The notes beneath the pieces were generated by a model. That model worked only from the letters and a program-made list of their open reading frames with translations, did not search any database and was not told the DNA's origin. Position numbers and translations under genes: made by a program. A stretch of 64,000 nt of DNA from an uncultured Alphaproteobacteria bacterium (GTDB taxonomy: Bacteria; Pseudomonadota; Alphaproteobacteria; Rs-D84): assembly GCA_944389345.1 (NCBI GenBank), contig CALXMA010000002.1:75406-139405 (forward strand), in the 5' to 3' direction. Positions 18,252-28,819 of this stretch are shown here, piece after piece (position 1 is the stretch's first letter; every line of letters starts with the position of its first letter).

Positions 18252-19688
18252 TTAATACGACTTGGCAACATAGACGTAATCGGAATCTGCGTCATCCAGA
18301 CACCGACGCGATATTTTGTACGTATCCATTAACGCATCAAATTTTTCGTTTTGTGTCGCCGTATATTTAATGCGGAAAAATCCAATCGTGCCATTGGCCA
18401 GCGCATCTGACAGTTCGTCTAAATCAGACACGTTGTGAATCATGGTCTGATTACGCGCAACAACCGCGTCGTACATATCACGCTGAATCTGTTTCAGAAT
18501 TCCATCAACGTCCGCCATCAATTCCGCAACCGTGATAGAATGCTTAGACGATTTTCCCAAATCACGGCGCGTAATCGTAACACAGCCGTCCGCCATTTCA
18601 CGTGCGCCAATTTCAACGCGTAATGGAACGCCACGCTTAATCCATTTCCACATCTTGTCGGGTGCACGCATATCAGACGTATCAACAAAAACACGAATGC
18701 CAGCATTACGCAACTGGGTCCCCAAATCGTCCGCGTACGCGTTCAATTCGTCCGCGTTTTCATCGCGTGTAATCGGGATAATTACAACCTGGTACGGGGC
18801 AACCGCAGGTGGCAAAACCAGACCATCGTCATCAGAATGCGTCATAAACAAACTGCCCATCATGCGGGTGGACACACCCCAAGATGTCGTCCAAGCATGT
18901 TTTAACACGCCATCTGTATCCAAGTATTGAATGCCAAACGATTTAGAAAAATGTTGGCCCAAATCGTGCGATGTGCCGGCCTGTAAAGCCTTGCCATCTT
19001 GCATGATGTGTTCCAGTGTATATGTGTGGTCCGCACCGGCAAATCTTTCTTCGGGCGTTTTTTCGCCCATAATCGACGGTATCGCCAACACTTCGCGCAT
19101 ATAGTCGCCATAAACACCATGCATTTTGCGCGCGTCGGCATTCGCCTGGTCATGGGTGGCGAACGCATTATGACCTTCTTGCCAATAAAATTCAGATGTA
19201 CGCAGAAACAGACGCGGACGCATTTCCCAACGCATAACATTTACCCACTGGTTCAGTTTTAATGGTAAATCGCGGTACGATTGAACCCAGCGCGACATCG
19301 CATCGCCAATAATCGTTTCAGATGTCGGACGAATAATGTACGGTTCCGTCAGTCTGGATTCTGGGTCTGGTTGCAATGTGCCGTCTATCATTTTCAAACG
19401 ATAGTGGGTGACAACGGCGGCTTCTTTGGCGAAACCGGCGACGTGTTCCGCTTCGCGATTAAAAAAGTCAATTGGTATTAATAACGGAAACTGGGCATTT
19501 TGGGCACCACATGCCTTGATACGCTTATCCAATTCATCGCGCATCAATTCCCATATCGCCCAACCGTATGGCTTTATCGTCATACAACCACGAACAGGCG
19601 CGTTTTCTGCCAAATCTGCCGCGGTTATCAGATTTTGATACCATTCACTGAAATTTTCCGAACGTGTCGGGGTAATTGCTGTTTTCAT
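18252..19688 (-). CDS. proS: Proline--tRNA ligase, archaeal/eukaryote-like architecture
   Basis: 478 aa. N-terminus ...SENFSEWYQNLITAADLAENAPVRGCMTIKPYGWAIWE. No INS editing insertion. Ends in Tyr (...VAKSY), as in Thermus/archaeal-type ProRS. Confidence 0.9.
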   Translation of the reverse strand: MKTAITPTRSENFSEWYQNLITAADLAENAPVRGCMTIKPYGWAIWELMRDELDKRIKACGAQNAQFPLLIPIDFFNREAEHVAGFAKEAAVVTHYRLKMIDGTLQPDPESRLTEPYIIRPTSETIIGDAMSRWVQSYRDLPLKLNQWVNVMRWEMRPRLFLRTSEFYWQEGHNAFATHDQANADARKMHGVYGDYMREVLAIPSIMGEKTPEERFAGADHTYTLEHIMQDGKALQAGTSHDLGQHFSKSFGIQYLDTDGVLKHAWTTSWGVSTRMMGSLFMTHSDDDGLVLPPAVAPYQVVIIPITRDENADELNAYADDLGTQLRNAGIRVFVDTSDMRAPDKMWKWIKRGVPLRVEIGAREMADGCVTITRRDLGKSSKHSITVAELMADVDGILKQIQRDMYDAVVARNQTMIHNVSDLDELSDALANGTIGFFRIKYTATQNEKFDALMDTYKISRRCLDDADSDYVYVAKSY

Positions 19689-19710
19689 CTTTTTATCTCT
19701 TTTATAAACT

Positions 19711-20538
19711 TTATTTTGCTGTTTTATTTTTTAACTTCATATATTTATCGGAAACGATTGTGTGCAGTGTTTCCGCAATCTGCTTTCTGTCCATACCCGC
19801 CAAAGGCGGTGGTGGCATAACAGTTATTTCAACCAAGAACCCGCCCAATACCATTATGTGAAATACCTGGCCAAATGCACTGCGTTCGCGTGAACACGTG
19901 GGGCCCATATCTTGGTTAGAATTATTAAAGTACGCAAAATGTTCGGCCATGTCAGCATCACTGATTGGTGTGCCATCGCGGAAACGGTAATTCATTACCA
20001 TTGGTTGCACAACAACATTCGAATTTTCTATGAAATTAAACAGTGTACTTTTGAAAGTTTTTACGTACGCGCCGTTTGTTGTTGTACCTTCGGGAAATAA
20101 AAATATCGGATAAGACACGTTGGACAATGTATCTTGGACCTGGGCCAGTGCATCCATGGCGTGCGATGGACGACGGTCCACAAATACAACACCAAACTTA
20201 CGCGAAACCCATCCAACCAACGGCCAAGATTCCATTTCTTTTTTGGCAATAAAACTGCCCCCAAAGGCAACGGGGAATGTCGCAATTTCAAAAATAGATA
20301 TATGGTTCGATATTACCAACAGTGGACGATGCGACGACAGTGCGCCATGCACACGAACACGAACGCCAACAACGTACAGCAATATGCGCATAAAAAATCG
20401 CATATATGCAACAGATGCACGACCGCGTGGCAATAAAAATATTATCGGCAATTGGATTACAACCAATATCCAAAACAATATAAAACGCAACACCGCCGTT
20501 GTCGTATTAAAAATATTCTGGCGTCTGACCCGTCCCAT
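19711..20538 (-). CDS. olsA: Lysophospholipid (PlsC-family) acyltransferase, likely lyso-ornithine lipid O-acyltransferase
   Basis: NHISIFE (HX4D/E-type box) and FPEGTTTNG motifs. The start overlaps the olsB stop (ATAATG). Confidence 0.65.
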   Translation of the reverse strand: MGRVRRQNIFNTTTAVLRFILFWILVVIQLPIIFLLPRGRASVAYMRFFMRILLYVVGVRVRVHGALSSHRPLLVISNHISIFEIATFPVAFGGSFIAKKEMESWPLVGWVSRKFGVVFVDRRPSHAMDALAQVQDTLSNVSYPIFLFPEGTTTNGAYVKTFKSTLFNFIENSNVVVQPMVMNYRFRDGTPISDADMAEHFAYFNNSNQDMGPTCSRERSAFGQVFHIMVLGGFLVEITVMPPPPLAGMDRKQIAETLHTIVSDKYMKLKNKTAK

Positions 20539-21503
20539 TATTTGTCATCCCCATTATCACTGTCTGTGTGATCGTCTTCGATATATTCGGCGTCGGCGGC
20601 ATCTTCGCGCAACAAGAATTCAAAAAATGCCCGCAACATTTTGAACGACCCCGTCACCGGTAATAACATAATCTTACCCACGGTCTTTAACGTGCCATCT
20701 TTGTAATCCAGGTTTTCCAATGCGTTTTCACGACCCAAGAAATGCTTTTGATATGCAGAATCTATCTTTTTAGTCTGGACCATGACAAACACGTCGTATG
20801 AATTAAACGCCTTGTCGATAAATACACCCTTGCCGAATGTGGCGCCCAGGCGCAAATATCCCTTAATCAGTGGGGTCATTTGATGACGCGCATCTGTTTC
20901 GTCCACAAATTCACGTGGTAAAATATTCATTCGCGACAGTTTTGGATTTATACTGTCATCAAAGTTTTCAGACAACACCGTCGCACGTAATCCCAATGGC
21001 GATAAATGATTATAATACAGGTATGATATAGCCTGGGCCGATTCCACAGGTTTATTACCAACCCAAGACGCAACCCCAAACAATATCGCAATTTTACGGC
21101 GAACAACATATTCACCCAATCCCGCCCATAACATACGCATCACCAATGCGTTTTCACGATACTGGCGCGCGACGCAGGCACGCGACATTTCGGCGATATT
21201 GCCGTCAACCTTTTTAATCTTGGAAATATTAAATTCAGATTCTGTATAAAAACTGCCCATTTTTTCGGCGGCATTTCTGTCAATAATACGATATGTACCG
21301 ACAATTTTTCCATTGTGGAACACCGCCATATATTCAGCATATCTGTCAAATGCATCGTATTCTTCGCGCAGATTTCTTTGTTCTTCGGTTGCGGACGCAC
21401 CTTCTTCTTCTACAAAAACATCATAGCGTAATTGACGAACCTGGCGACGTTCATCTTTGTTACGTGTCAGACGAACTTCGTAATCACGAACCTTGATAGC
21501 CAT
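20538..21503 (-). CDS. olsB: GNAT-type ornithine lipid N-acyltransferase (hemolysin-like)
   Basis: N-terminus ...RLTRNKDERRQVRQLRYDVFVEEEGA...GTYRI is typical of OlsB/Acetyltransf_5. Translationally coupled to the PlsC-like gene. Confidence 0.7.
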   Translation of the reverse strand: MAIKVRDYEVRLTRNKDERRQVRQLRYDVFVEEEGASATEEQRNLREEYDAFDRYAEYMAVFHNGKIVGTYRIIDRNAAEKMGSFYTESEFNISKIKKVDGNIAEMSRACVARQYRENALVMRMLWAGLGEYVVRRKIAILFGVASWVGNKPVESAQAISYLYYNHLSPLGLRATVLSENFDDSINPKLSRMNILPREFVDETDARHQMTPLIKGYLRLGATFGKGVFIDKAFNSYDVFVMVQTKKIDSAYQKHFLGRENALENLDYKDGTLKTVGKIMLLPVTGSFKMLRAFFEFLLREDAADAEYIEDDHTDSDNGDDK

Positions 21504-21565
21504 TAAATAAATCCTTTGATTTTATCAATACTTCAAAGAATATCAAAGAAATCCGCCGTTTTCAA

Positions 21566-21598
21566 TATAAAATAATCGCCACCAAAATTATGGTGGCG
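21566..21598 (-). terminator. Intrinsic terminator after mltB-like gene
   Basis: Minus strand reads CGCCACCATAATTTTGGTGGCGATTATTTT. Confidence 0.7.
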
Positions 21599-21612
21599 TT
21601 AATGTTTTTTAC

Positions 21613-22689
21613 CTAGTGTAATTCGTCCGCCAGCGTTGCAATCGCAATCGCATACCAATTCGAACTGTTCCACTTTTTTATGCGGTAAAAATTAGGGTAC
21701 GTTAAATATGCGTATATCACCGGCTGGGGCGCGACATCTGTATCAATGGCGTTCGGATCAACCGCATTAGTCGCATTTGCAATCGCCGTCGCACGCGCAT
21801 CATTTATCGCGCCAACATCACCAACCAAACCCGCCGTCATATCCGCCACAGGCAACGCAGAACCGTCCGCATTCACAACCCCCATCATCGCCCATTCTGA
21901 TAACGGACGACGTGTTTTCCCGTCCAGTAATGTTATGTCAAAATTCGCCGGCAACGCCACACGACGAACAATTCTTTCATTCGGATTCCACCCCAATTTA
22001 TGCAGGTAATTACCCGCACTGAACATCGCATCGCCAACACTGTGTATAATATCAACACGACCGTCGCCATTGCCATCTGCGCCGTATTGTTGCAACGTGG
22101 TTGGAATAAACTGAAAATGTCCCATGGCGCCGGCCCAACTGCCCCGGATGTCGTTTATATCCAGATTGTTATCGTCCGCAATTTTCATCAGCGCCAATAA
22201 CTGGTTGCCAAAAAATGTTTCACGGCGCCCTTCGTACATTAATGTCAAAAATGCGTCCGTCAATTTATGCGCAGATTTATATGTTCCGTAATTAGATTCT
22301 AATCCCCAAAACGCCAAAATAACATGTGGTTGTACACCGTATGTCTGTTCCACACGCGATAATAATGTCGGGTATGTTTCACGCATTTTGCGCCCGTTTT
22401 CAATACGGCGCGAATTTACCGTACGCGCCAAATACCCGTCCAGTGTTAATTTGAATTCTGCCTGGTTGCGGTCGCTTTTTACAATAGACGGGATAAAAAC
22501 AGGATATTTTAATGTCGCGTCTATGACCGTGTCTGATATATGATTGTTCTGGGCGCGCGTACGCACGTTATCCAATATGGTATACCAACGGTCCATATCA
22601 AATGTACCGGTATCCGCATACGCAACAAATGGCAACACACACACCATCGCAACGCCCAATGCGCGTGCGACAAGTCCACGAAATGTCAT
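21613..22689 (-). CDS. mltB: Lytic murein transglycosylase (MltB/SLT_2 family)
   Basis: Signal peptide. ...FWGLESNYG...GSWAGAMGHFQFIPTT... motifs. Confidence 0.8.
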   Translation of the reverse strand: MTFRGLVARALGVAMVCVLPFVAYADTGTFDMDRWYTILDNVRTRAQNNHISDTVIDATLKYPVFIPSIVKSDRNQAEFKLTLDGYLARTVNSRRIENGRKMRETYPTLLSRVEQTYGVQPHVILAFWGLESNYGTYKSAHKLTDAFLTLMYEGRRETFFGNQLLALMKIADDNNLDINDIRGSWAGAMGHFQFIPTTLQQYGADGNGDGRVDIIHSVGDAMFSAGNYLHKLGWNPNERIVRRVALPANFDITLLDGKTRRPLSEWAMMGVVNADGSALPVADMTAGLVGDVGAINDARATAIANATNAVDPNAIDTDVAPQPVIYAYLTYPNFYRIKKWNSSNWYAIAIATLADELH

Positions 22690-22700
22690 GTCAACACCCC

Positions 22701-24182
22701 TTAGAAAGAATATTTAAGTCCAACATGCAAACCAAATGATTGCCAAGTTGCATGTTTTAACTGGTCACTGACGGATTGTGTCCACGCAGGCACCGTTTCC
22801 AAAATCGGCAATCCGTTATCGTCCAGAATATAATAACCGTTTTCATCAACCAGCCACTGGGTCGTTTCGGCCCAATAGATTTCACCACCAATTTTACCAA
22901 CATGAAATACGTTAGTATCAACCTTTATCGCCAATTGCATACGATCCGACAGACGATAATTATATTCCATTTCCGCCGCATAGGAGTATGCACCATTACT
23001 GCCCTCGTCAATAAAACTTGGGTTCTGTTGCCAATCCGTACGGTTTGGCCATGTACCTTCGGATGAATATTTTGGCAATCCGACCTGGAAATAAAAGCGC
23101 AATTTGTCCGCCAGCGTCATTTGCTTTTCTATTTCCAAGCCAATGTAAAAACCAGACCAAGTCGTGTTATAAATATGGGTTGTACCCTCAATCAATACGG
23201 GGCCATCACCACCAATAATCACACATTCCCCGGAATCAACGCCCCACGGCACATAGCCCATCGCGGGATCATAGTCCCCCGTAACCAACGCCGTTCCCAA
23301 ATCGTTGAAACCACTGACCGGGGCCTGGACCAATTTAATATCTTCGGGCGACATACAAACCTGGTACCAATCTTCTGGTGCATCGGTCCCAATCGGCAAA
23401 GACCAATAATGTCCGGATTCATCGCCGTATACATAATCACCCTTGTCCGTCATCAAAGGCAAGAACACACCCGGATTTGGGTACAGGTGATTTGACATTT
23501 CCAGATTATGATTGAATATTTCATATCCAAATGACGGCGAAATCTTCCACCCGGCAACGTCCCATATATGATGTGCGCCAATTCCAACACGAAACCGGTT
23601 TGTACGCCCCGTCTGATCGCCAACAGAAATCGTGAATATCCCATAATCAGGATCGGCCCAATCGTATGGTTCCAAATCATAGTCCATCGACATTCCGCCA
23701 TGCGACATAAAGCCCATTGTATAATTCGCATAGGCAAACATATCAAAACTGCGCAGGCTGAAATTGTGTTGCAGACCAACACCAATTTCATCAAACACCA
23801 TATCGTCCCATTCCAAAACAGAATTTACACCCGTTTTGAATTCAAAATCCGCAAAACGGCGCGAATACATCGCATAAACCGTCGTTCTGTCTTCGACCGG
23901 CATGGCGATACCGTTGGCCGTCATCATGGTGACCATTTCCGATTCTTCGGGGACCTGGGGCCGGGGAATTTGATATGTTGTTGACCGACTGTTTACAATT
24001 TGTTTATCACCAGATTGACCGACATAATTTGTGTACCCCTGGCGTGCATACTGGCCATACAGGGTTTTATTCGCATTCTGGGTTTCGTTTGTACGATAGT
24101 ATGACGGCACCCCCTCGTTCGACGCATGGGCGACAAACGGGGCCAGAATTCCGCACAAAAATGCAAATTTCCCTGCCTTCAT
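22701..24182 (-). CDS. Large outer-membrane beta-barrel protein
   Basis: Signal peptide MKAGKFAFLCGILAPFVAHA. Aromatic-rich beta pattern. C-terminal ...FGLHVGLKYSF. Confidence 0.65.
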   Translation of the reverse strand: MKAGKFAFLCGILAPFVAHASNEGVPSYYRTNETQNANKTLYGQYARQGYTNYVGQSGDKQIVNSRSTTYQIPRPQVPEESEMVTMMTANGIAMPVEDRTTVYAMYSRRFADFEFKTGVNSVLEWDDMVFDEIGVGLQHNFSLRSFDMFAYANYTMGFMSHGGMSMDYDLEPYDWADPDYGIFTISVGDQTGRTNRFRVGIGAHHIWDVAGWKISPSFGYEIFNHNLEMSNHLYPNPGVFLPLMTDKGDYVYGDESGHYWSLPIGTDAPEDWYQVCMSPEDIKLVQAPVSGFNDLGTALVTGDYDPAMGYVPWGVDSGECVIIGGDGPVLIEGTTHIYNTTWSGFYIGLEIEKQMTLADKLRFYFQVGLPKYSSEGTWPNRTDWQQNPSFIDEGSNGAYSYAAEMEYNYRLSDRMQLAIKVDTNVFHVGKIGGEIYWAETTQWLVDENGYYILDDNGLPILETVPAWTQSVSDQLKHATWQSFGLHVGLKYSF

Positions 24183-24293
24183 ACCTACATTAGTATGATG
24201 CATTATAGCATAATTTTTTTTAACTGGACAAGAGTTTTATTTTATTAAAATCAAATACTGGATTTTTAGCCCGTTTTATATACAATCATTCGC

Positions 24294-25352
24294 ATGTCAG
24301 AACCACATAATATATATGTTCATGTACCTTTTTGCATGGCCAAGTGCCGATACTGTGCGTTCTGGTCCATGGCAAACCCATGTCCCGATTGGAATGCGTA
24401 CCAAACAAAAATTATCAGTGAAATAAACGAATGGGGCGACAGACTGGGCGCGGATACCGTGGTACCGACTGTTTTCTTTGGTGGCGGGACACCATCACTG
24501 ATGCCCGTTGATGTGTTTGGACATATTATACAGGCAATATATCAAAAATTCGCCGTATCCCCAGATGCTGAAATCACGATAGAGGCAAACCCAGGAACAT
24601 TGGCCAAAGATAAACTGATGGGCTTTGTCGCGTCTGGCGTTAACAGAATTTCCATTGGCGTACAATCGTTTGACGATGAAAAATTAAAATTCTTGGGTCG
24701 GATACACGACGCACGCACCGCGTGGCACGCAATTGAACAAGCAATGTCAACAGGAGTACGCGTATCTGGGGACTTTATTTACGGAATGCCGGGCGATACA
24801 CCAGACACCGTTCGCAATCTGTGTCGGGAAATAAATAATTTGGGAATTTCACATTGTTCTTTGTATGAATTAACCATAGAACCCAATACTCCGTTTGGTA
24901 AAATGAATCTGGACATGCCATCAAATAACGAAATGGCCGATATGTACACGACTATATCTGATACGTTAAAACTGCCCCGGTACGAGGTTTCTAATTACGC
25001 CGTCGCGGGCAATGAATGTCGGCACAATATGAATGTATGGGACGGGGAACCATATATCGGCATCGGACGCGGTGGGGCGGGACGCCCGTATATAAATAAT
25101 GGATGGTACGAACAAATGGGCGGGCGGGTACAATGTACACCCATGTCTGATACAGAACGTGCCATCGAACGAATTATAACAGGAATGCGTACCGTACGTG
25201 GCGTGCGTATGGACGGGGCGGTACAAAATATTATAAACATGGATTGGATTCGCGCACACCCAGATTTGGTCCGCGTACATGACAACAGAATTTCTGCAAC
25301 CAGCGCAGGAATGTTAATCTTGGACGATATCGTTCTGAACATGACGGAGTAG
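24294..25352 (+). CDS. hemW: Radical SAM heme chaperone HemW (oxygen-independent coproporphyrinogen oxidase-like)
   Basis: YVHVPFCMAKCRYCAF CxxxCxxC motif, GGGTPS, and HemN-like core. Confidence 0.85.
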   Translation: MSEPHNIYVHVPFCMAKCRYCAFWSMANPCPDWNAYQTKIISEINEWGDRLGADTVVPTVFFGGGTPSLMPVDVFGHIIQAIYQKFAVSPDAEITIEANPGTLAKDKLMGFVASGVNRISIGVQSFDDEKLKFLGRIHDARTAWHAIEQAMSTGVRVSGDFIYGMPGDTPDTVRNLCREINNLGISHCSLYELTIEPNTPFGKMNLDMPSNNEMADMYTTISDTLKLPRYEVSNYAVAGNECRHNMNVWDGEPYIGIGRGGAGRPYINNGWYEQMGGRVQCTPMSDTERAIERIITGMRTVRGVRMDGAVQNIINMDWIRAHPDLVRVHDNRISATSAGMLILDDIVLNMTE

Positions 25353-25355
25353 AAA

Positions 25356-27350
25356 ATGCAACATAAAATATTAAACATTATCGGAATAATCGCAGTTGTA
25401 ATTGCAATTGTAATGGCCTATTTTTATACAACACCAAAGGAGAAAGTTATGAATGCCGGAATAAAGTTCGAAAATATGGACTTGTCTGTTAATCCAGGCG
25501 ACAATTTTTTTGACTATGCGACGTTGGGATGGCGACGCGACAATCCAATTCCATCAGACTATACACGTTATGGCGCATTTGAAATTCTGCATGATACAAA
25601 TCTGGAACGGGTACGCGAAATCGCAGAAACTGATTCTGGGAAAATTGGCGCGTTGTATGAAATTGCAATGAACGCAGACAAATTAAACGCCGATAAAACC
25701 ACACCTGTGGCGCCATACCTGGCCCAGGTGGACGAAATCAAATCTGTATCTGAATTGCCGGCGTATTTGGGAAAAATGCATCGATTTTCATCCGCGTTTT
25801 GGGGCGACGGGGTTGCACTGGACGAAAAGAACAGCGAATTTTATCTGTATAATATTGGCCAGGGTGGCATCGGTTTAAGCCGTGATTACTATTTCGATAC
25901 AGATGAAAAATCTGTGGAAATCAGAAAAAAATATCGCGAATTTATCACACGCCAAACTAAAAATTTTGGTATGGACATAGACGCAGATAAGATATATGCG
26001 TTAGAAGAACGTATGGCAAAATCTTTCTATCCAAAAGAAAAATTGCGCGATCCGAACGCAAACTATCATAAAATGTCCTTGGCGGATGTGCGTAAAAACT
26101 TTCCGGGATTTGATTGGGACGCATATCTGGTCGCACGTGGGGCGGATGTCGCAACGGAAATCAATATCAATCAACCCGAAGCAATCGCTGAATCCATAGC
26201 AATTATGAATGATACGGATTTGGAATTAATCAAAGACTATCTGCGGTACAGAATTATCAGCAGTGCAGATACGTTGCTGGACGATGATACGTACGAAATA
26301 TCTTTTGATTTCTATAACCGGACAATGGCCGGACAACCAGAACAAAAACCACGTTGGAAACGCGCGGTGTCTTTATTGGACGGGGCACTGGGCGAAGAGA
26401 TTGGGCGGTTGTATGTGGAAAAATATTTTTCCCCGGACGCCAAAGAACGTATGCAACAACTGGTGAAAAATTTACAACGCGCGTTGGGTATGCGCATCGA
26501 AAATCTGGAATGGATGTCAGATGAAACAAAATCGCGCGCATTAAAAAAACTGAATACATTTCACGCAAAAATCGGATATCCAGATAAATGGCGCGATTAT
26601 ACAAAATTGAACATAGATAAAAACGAATCTTTGTGGGAAAATATGGTACGCGTTGCCGAATTCGAAGATGAATTCTGGTTGAAAAAAATTGGGCAACAAA
26701 AAGACCCGACTATTTGGTATATGAACGCACACGAAGTAAATGCATACTATGACCCGTCTACGAACGAAGTATGTTTCCCCGCCGGGATTTTACAATATCC
26801 GTTCTTTGATATGAATGCGGACGATGCGTTTAACTATGGCGCAATCGGCAGTGTGATTGGACACGAAATGACACACGGATTTGACGATTCTGGCCGGCAA
26901 TTTGATGCAGACGGGAACCTGCGGGATTGGTGGACACCGGATGACGCGGACGGTTTTAACGCGCGCGCAAATGTGTTAAAAGATTACTTTAACAACATAG
27001 AAATTGCGCCGGGCGTACATGCAAATGGCGAATTCACACTGGGTGAAAACTTGGCCGATTATGGTGGAATAACCGTGTCGTATACCGCGTATAAAAACTT
27101 TGGCACACCAACCGATGTCGTCAATAATTTAACATCAGACATGCGGTTCTTTGTCGCGTACGCCGGCGTTTGGGCACAAAACATCCGCCAAGCCGATGCG
27201 TTGCGTCTGACCAAAACAGATGAACATTCATTGGGCGAATGGCGGGTCAACGGAATATTGCCACATATTGACGCATGGTATGATGCGTTCAATATTACCC
27301 CGGACAATAAATTATATCTGGCCCCGGAAAAACGTATAAAATTATGGTAA
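25356..27350 (+). CDS. pepO: M13 family zinc metallopeptidase (PepO/endothelin-converting-enzyme-like)
   Basis: 664 aa. N-terminal TM anchor, VIGHEMTHGFDD zinc motif, GENLADYGG, C-terminal ...W. Confidence 0.9.
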   Translation: MQHKILNIIGIIAVVIAIVMAYFYTTPKEKVMNAGIKFENMDLSVNPGDNFFDYATLGWRRDNPIPSDYTRYGAFEILHDTNLERVREIAETDSGKIGALYEIAMNADKLNADKTTPVAPYLAQVDEIKSVSELPAYLGKMHRFSSAFWGDGVALDEKNSEFYLYNIGQGGIGLSRDYYFDTDEKSVEIRKKYREFITRQTKNFGMDIDADKIYALEERMAKSFYPKEKLRDPNANYHKMSLADVRKNFPGFDWDAYLVARGADVATEININQPEAIAESIAIMNDTDLELIKDYLRYRIISSADTLLDDDTYEISFDFYNRTMAGQPEQKPRWKRAVSLLDGALGEEIGRLYVEKYFSPDAKERMQQLVKNLQRALGMRIENLEWMSDETKSRALKKLNTFHAKIGYPDKWRDYTKLNIDKNESLWENMVRVAEFEDEFWLKKIGQQKDPTIWYMNAHEVNAYYDPSTNEVCFPAGILQYPFFDMNADDAFNYGAIGSVIGHEMTHGFDDSGRQFDADGNLRDWWTPDDADGFNARANVLKDYFNNIEIAPGVHANGEFTLGENLADYGGITVSYTAYKNFGTPTDVVNNLTSDMRFFVAYAGVWAQNIRQADALRLTKTDEHSLGEWRVNGILPHIDAWYDAFNITPDNKLYLAPEKRIKLW

Positions 27351-27380
27351 AAAATACCGGCATTTGCCGGTATTTTTTTA
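27350..27380. terminator. Bidirectional intrinsic terminator (pepO / ihfA)
   Basis: AAAAAATACCGGCATTTGCCGGTATTTTTTT. Confidence 0.8.
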
Positions 27381-27394
27381 TTTGTTTTGTGATG

Positions 27395-27697
27395 TTAATT
27401 TTCGGTCGATTTCTTGTCCGCAACGCGTTGTCTGAATTCATTACTGGGACGAAAAGACACGACGCGACGTGCGGTTATTATCGCCGGCGCGCCCGTCTTG
27501 GGATTACGGCCCATACGTTGCGATTTAGATAAAATCTTGAAACTGCCAAAGCCAGCAAATTTAACCTCTTCCCCATTTATCAGGGATTCACGTATTTCAT
27601 CAAATACAATGTCGACCAATTTCAACGCGTCCGATGTCGTTAATCCGAAACGTTCACGCAAACGATTTGCAAAATCACTTCTGGTTATTGTTGCCAT
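27395..27697 (-). CDS. ihfA: Integration host factor subunit alpha
   Basis: 100 aa. ...GFGSFKILSKSQRMGRNPKTGAPAIITARRVVSFRPSNEFRQRV matches the IHF-alpha arm and C-terminal pattern. Directly downstream of fabH. Confidence 0.85.
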   Translation of the reverse strand: MATITRSDFANRLRERFGLTTSDALKLVDIVFDEIRESLINGEEVKFAGFGSFKILSKSQRMGRNPKTGAPAIITARRVVSFRPSNEFRQRVADKKSTEN

Positions 27698-27700
27698 TTT

Positions 27701-28639
27701 TTACACCCTGATTAATGCCGCACCCCATGTCAGCCCAGCGCCAAACGCAGGATACAGAACAAGTTGTCCTTTCTTGATAATATTATTATCAAATGCATAC
27801 GATAACGCAAGTACCCCTGATGCGCCACTGGTATTTGCGTGCTTGTCCACCGTTACCAATATCTTGTCCAATGGGAACCCCAAACGCTGGGCCCCGCTTT
27901 GAATAATGCGCAAATTCGCCTGGTGCGGAACAATCCAATCCACATTGTCCGCCGTAATGCCCGCGTGTTCCATAATATAACTGGCCGCCTGGGGCATTAA
28001 TGTCACAGCCTTTTTATACGTTTCTGGGCCGTTCATTTTAATGTGATGATCGGTCGTCCCGTACAGCATTTCCAAATCCGCACCGTCGGCCATTACAACA
28101 GTATCTATTATGCCAGAATAACTGGACGTGGACGATTCGAATATCAGCGCACCCGCACCATCACCGAACAATACCGCCGTACTGCGGTCAGACCAATCAA
28201 TAAAGCGCGACATCTTTTCCGCACCAATTACCATAATGCGCCGATGCATACCCGCGGTGAAAAACGCACGCGCACAATGCAGTGCATATATGTATCCCGT
28301 ACATGCCCCGCGAACATCAAACCCGGGCGCATTGTTTGTCGCCCCCAGATTCCCCAAAACCTGGACCGCGACAGACGGAAAATCTGTTTCTGGGGATGTT
28401 GTCGCGACGATAACCATATCTATATCATTCACGGAAATATTCGCGTTTTCCAACGCGCGACGCGCCGCAACGGTCGCCATATCAACAACTGTTTCATCAT
28501 CACGCGCAAAGTGCCGTTCGCGCATACCGGTACGCTGGACAATCCATTCGTCAGACGTATCCATTATTTTTTCAAAATCTTGATTGGTCATAACCCGCTG
28601 GGGCAAATAAGACCCGTATCCAATCAACCTGCTTCCCAT
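27701..28639 (-). CDS. fabH: 3-oxoacyl-ACP synthase III
   Basis: 312 aa. ...GACTGYIYAL (active-site Cys), ...VPHQANLRII..., ...GNTSGASGVLAL... FabH motifs. Confidence 0.9.
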   Translation of the reverse strand: MGSRLIGYGSYLPQRVMTNQDFEKIMDTSDEWIVQRTGMRERHFARDDETVVDMATVAARRALENANISVNDIDMVIVATTSPETDFPSVAVQVLGNLGATNNAPGFDVRGACTGYIYALHCARAFFTAGMHRRIMVIGAEKMSRFIDWSDRSTAVLFGDGAGALIFESSTSSYSGIIDTVVMADGADLEMLYGTTDHHIKMNGPETYKKAVTLMPQAASYIMEHAGITADNVDWIVPHQANLRIIQSGAQRLGFPLDKILVTVDKHANTSGASGVLALSYAFDNNIIKKGQLVLYPAFGAGLTWGAALIRV

Positions 28640-28727
28640 TAACCTTCCTCTTTTTTAACCCGGGGTATTATACAAGCCGTGATTACAACTTGCAATATGA
28701 TTTTATGTGAATAAAATATAGTGCATT

Positions 28728-28803
28728 GTCCCCATAGTTCAACTGGATAGAATAGAGGTTTCCTAAACCTTTGATACAGGTTCGATTCCTGTTGGGGATG
28801 CCA
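28728..28803 (+). tRNA. tRNA-Arg (anticodon CCU), CCA encoded
   Basis: Manual cloverleaf: GTCCCCA/TGGGGAT acceptor (G1-U72), GAGGT-TTCCTAA-ACCTT anticodon arm, ACAGG-TTCGATT-CCTGT T arm, GCCA. Resembles E. coli argW-type tRNA. Confidence 0.9.
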
Positions 28804-28819
28804 CAATGGGATTTTTACA

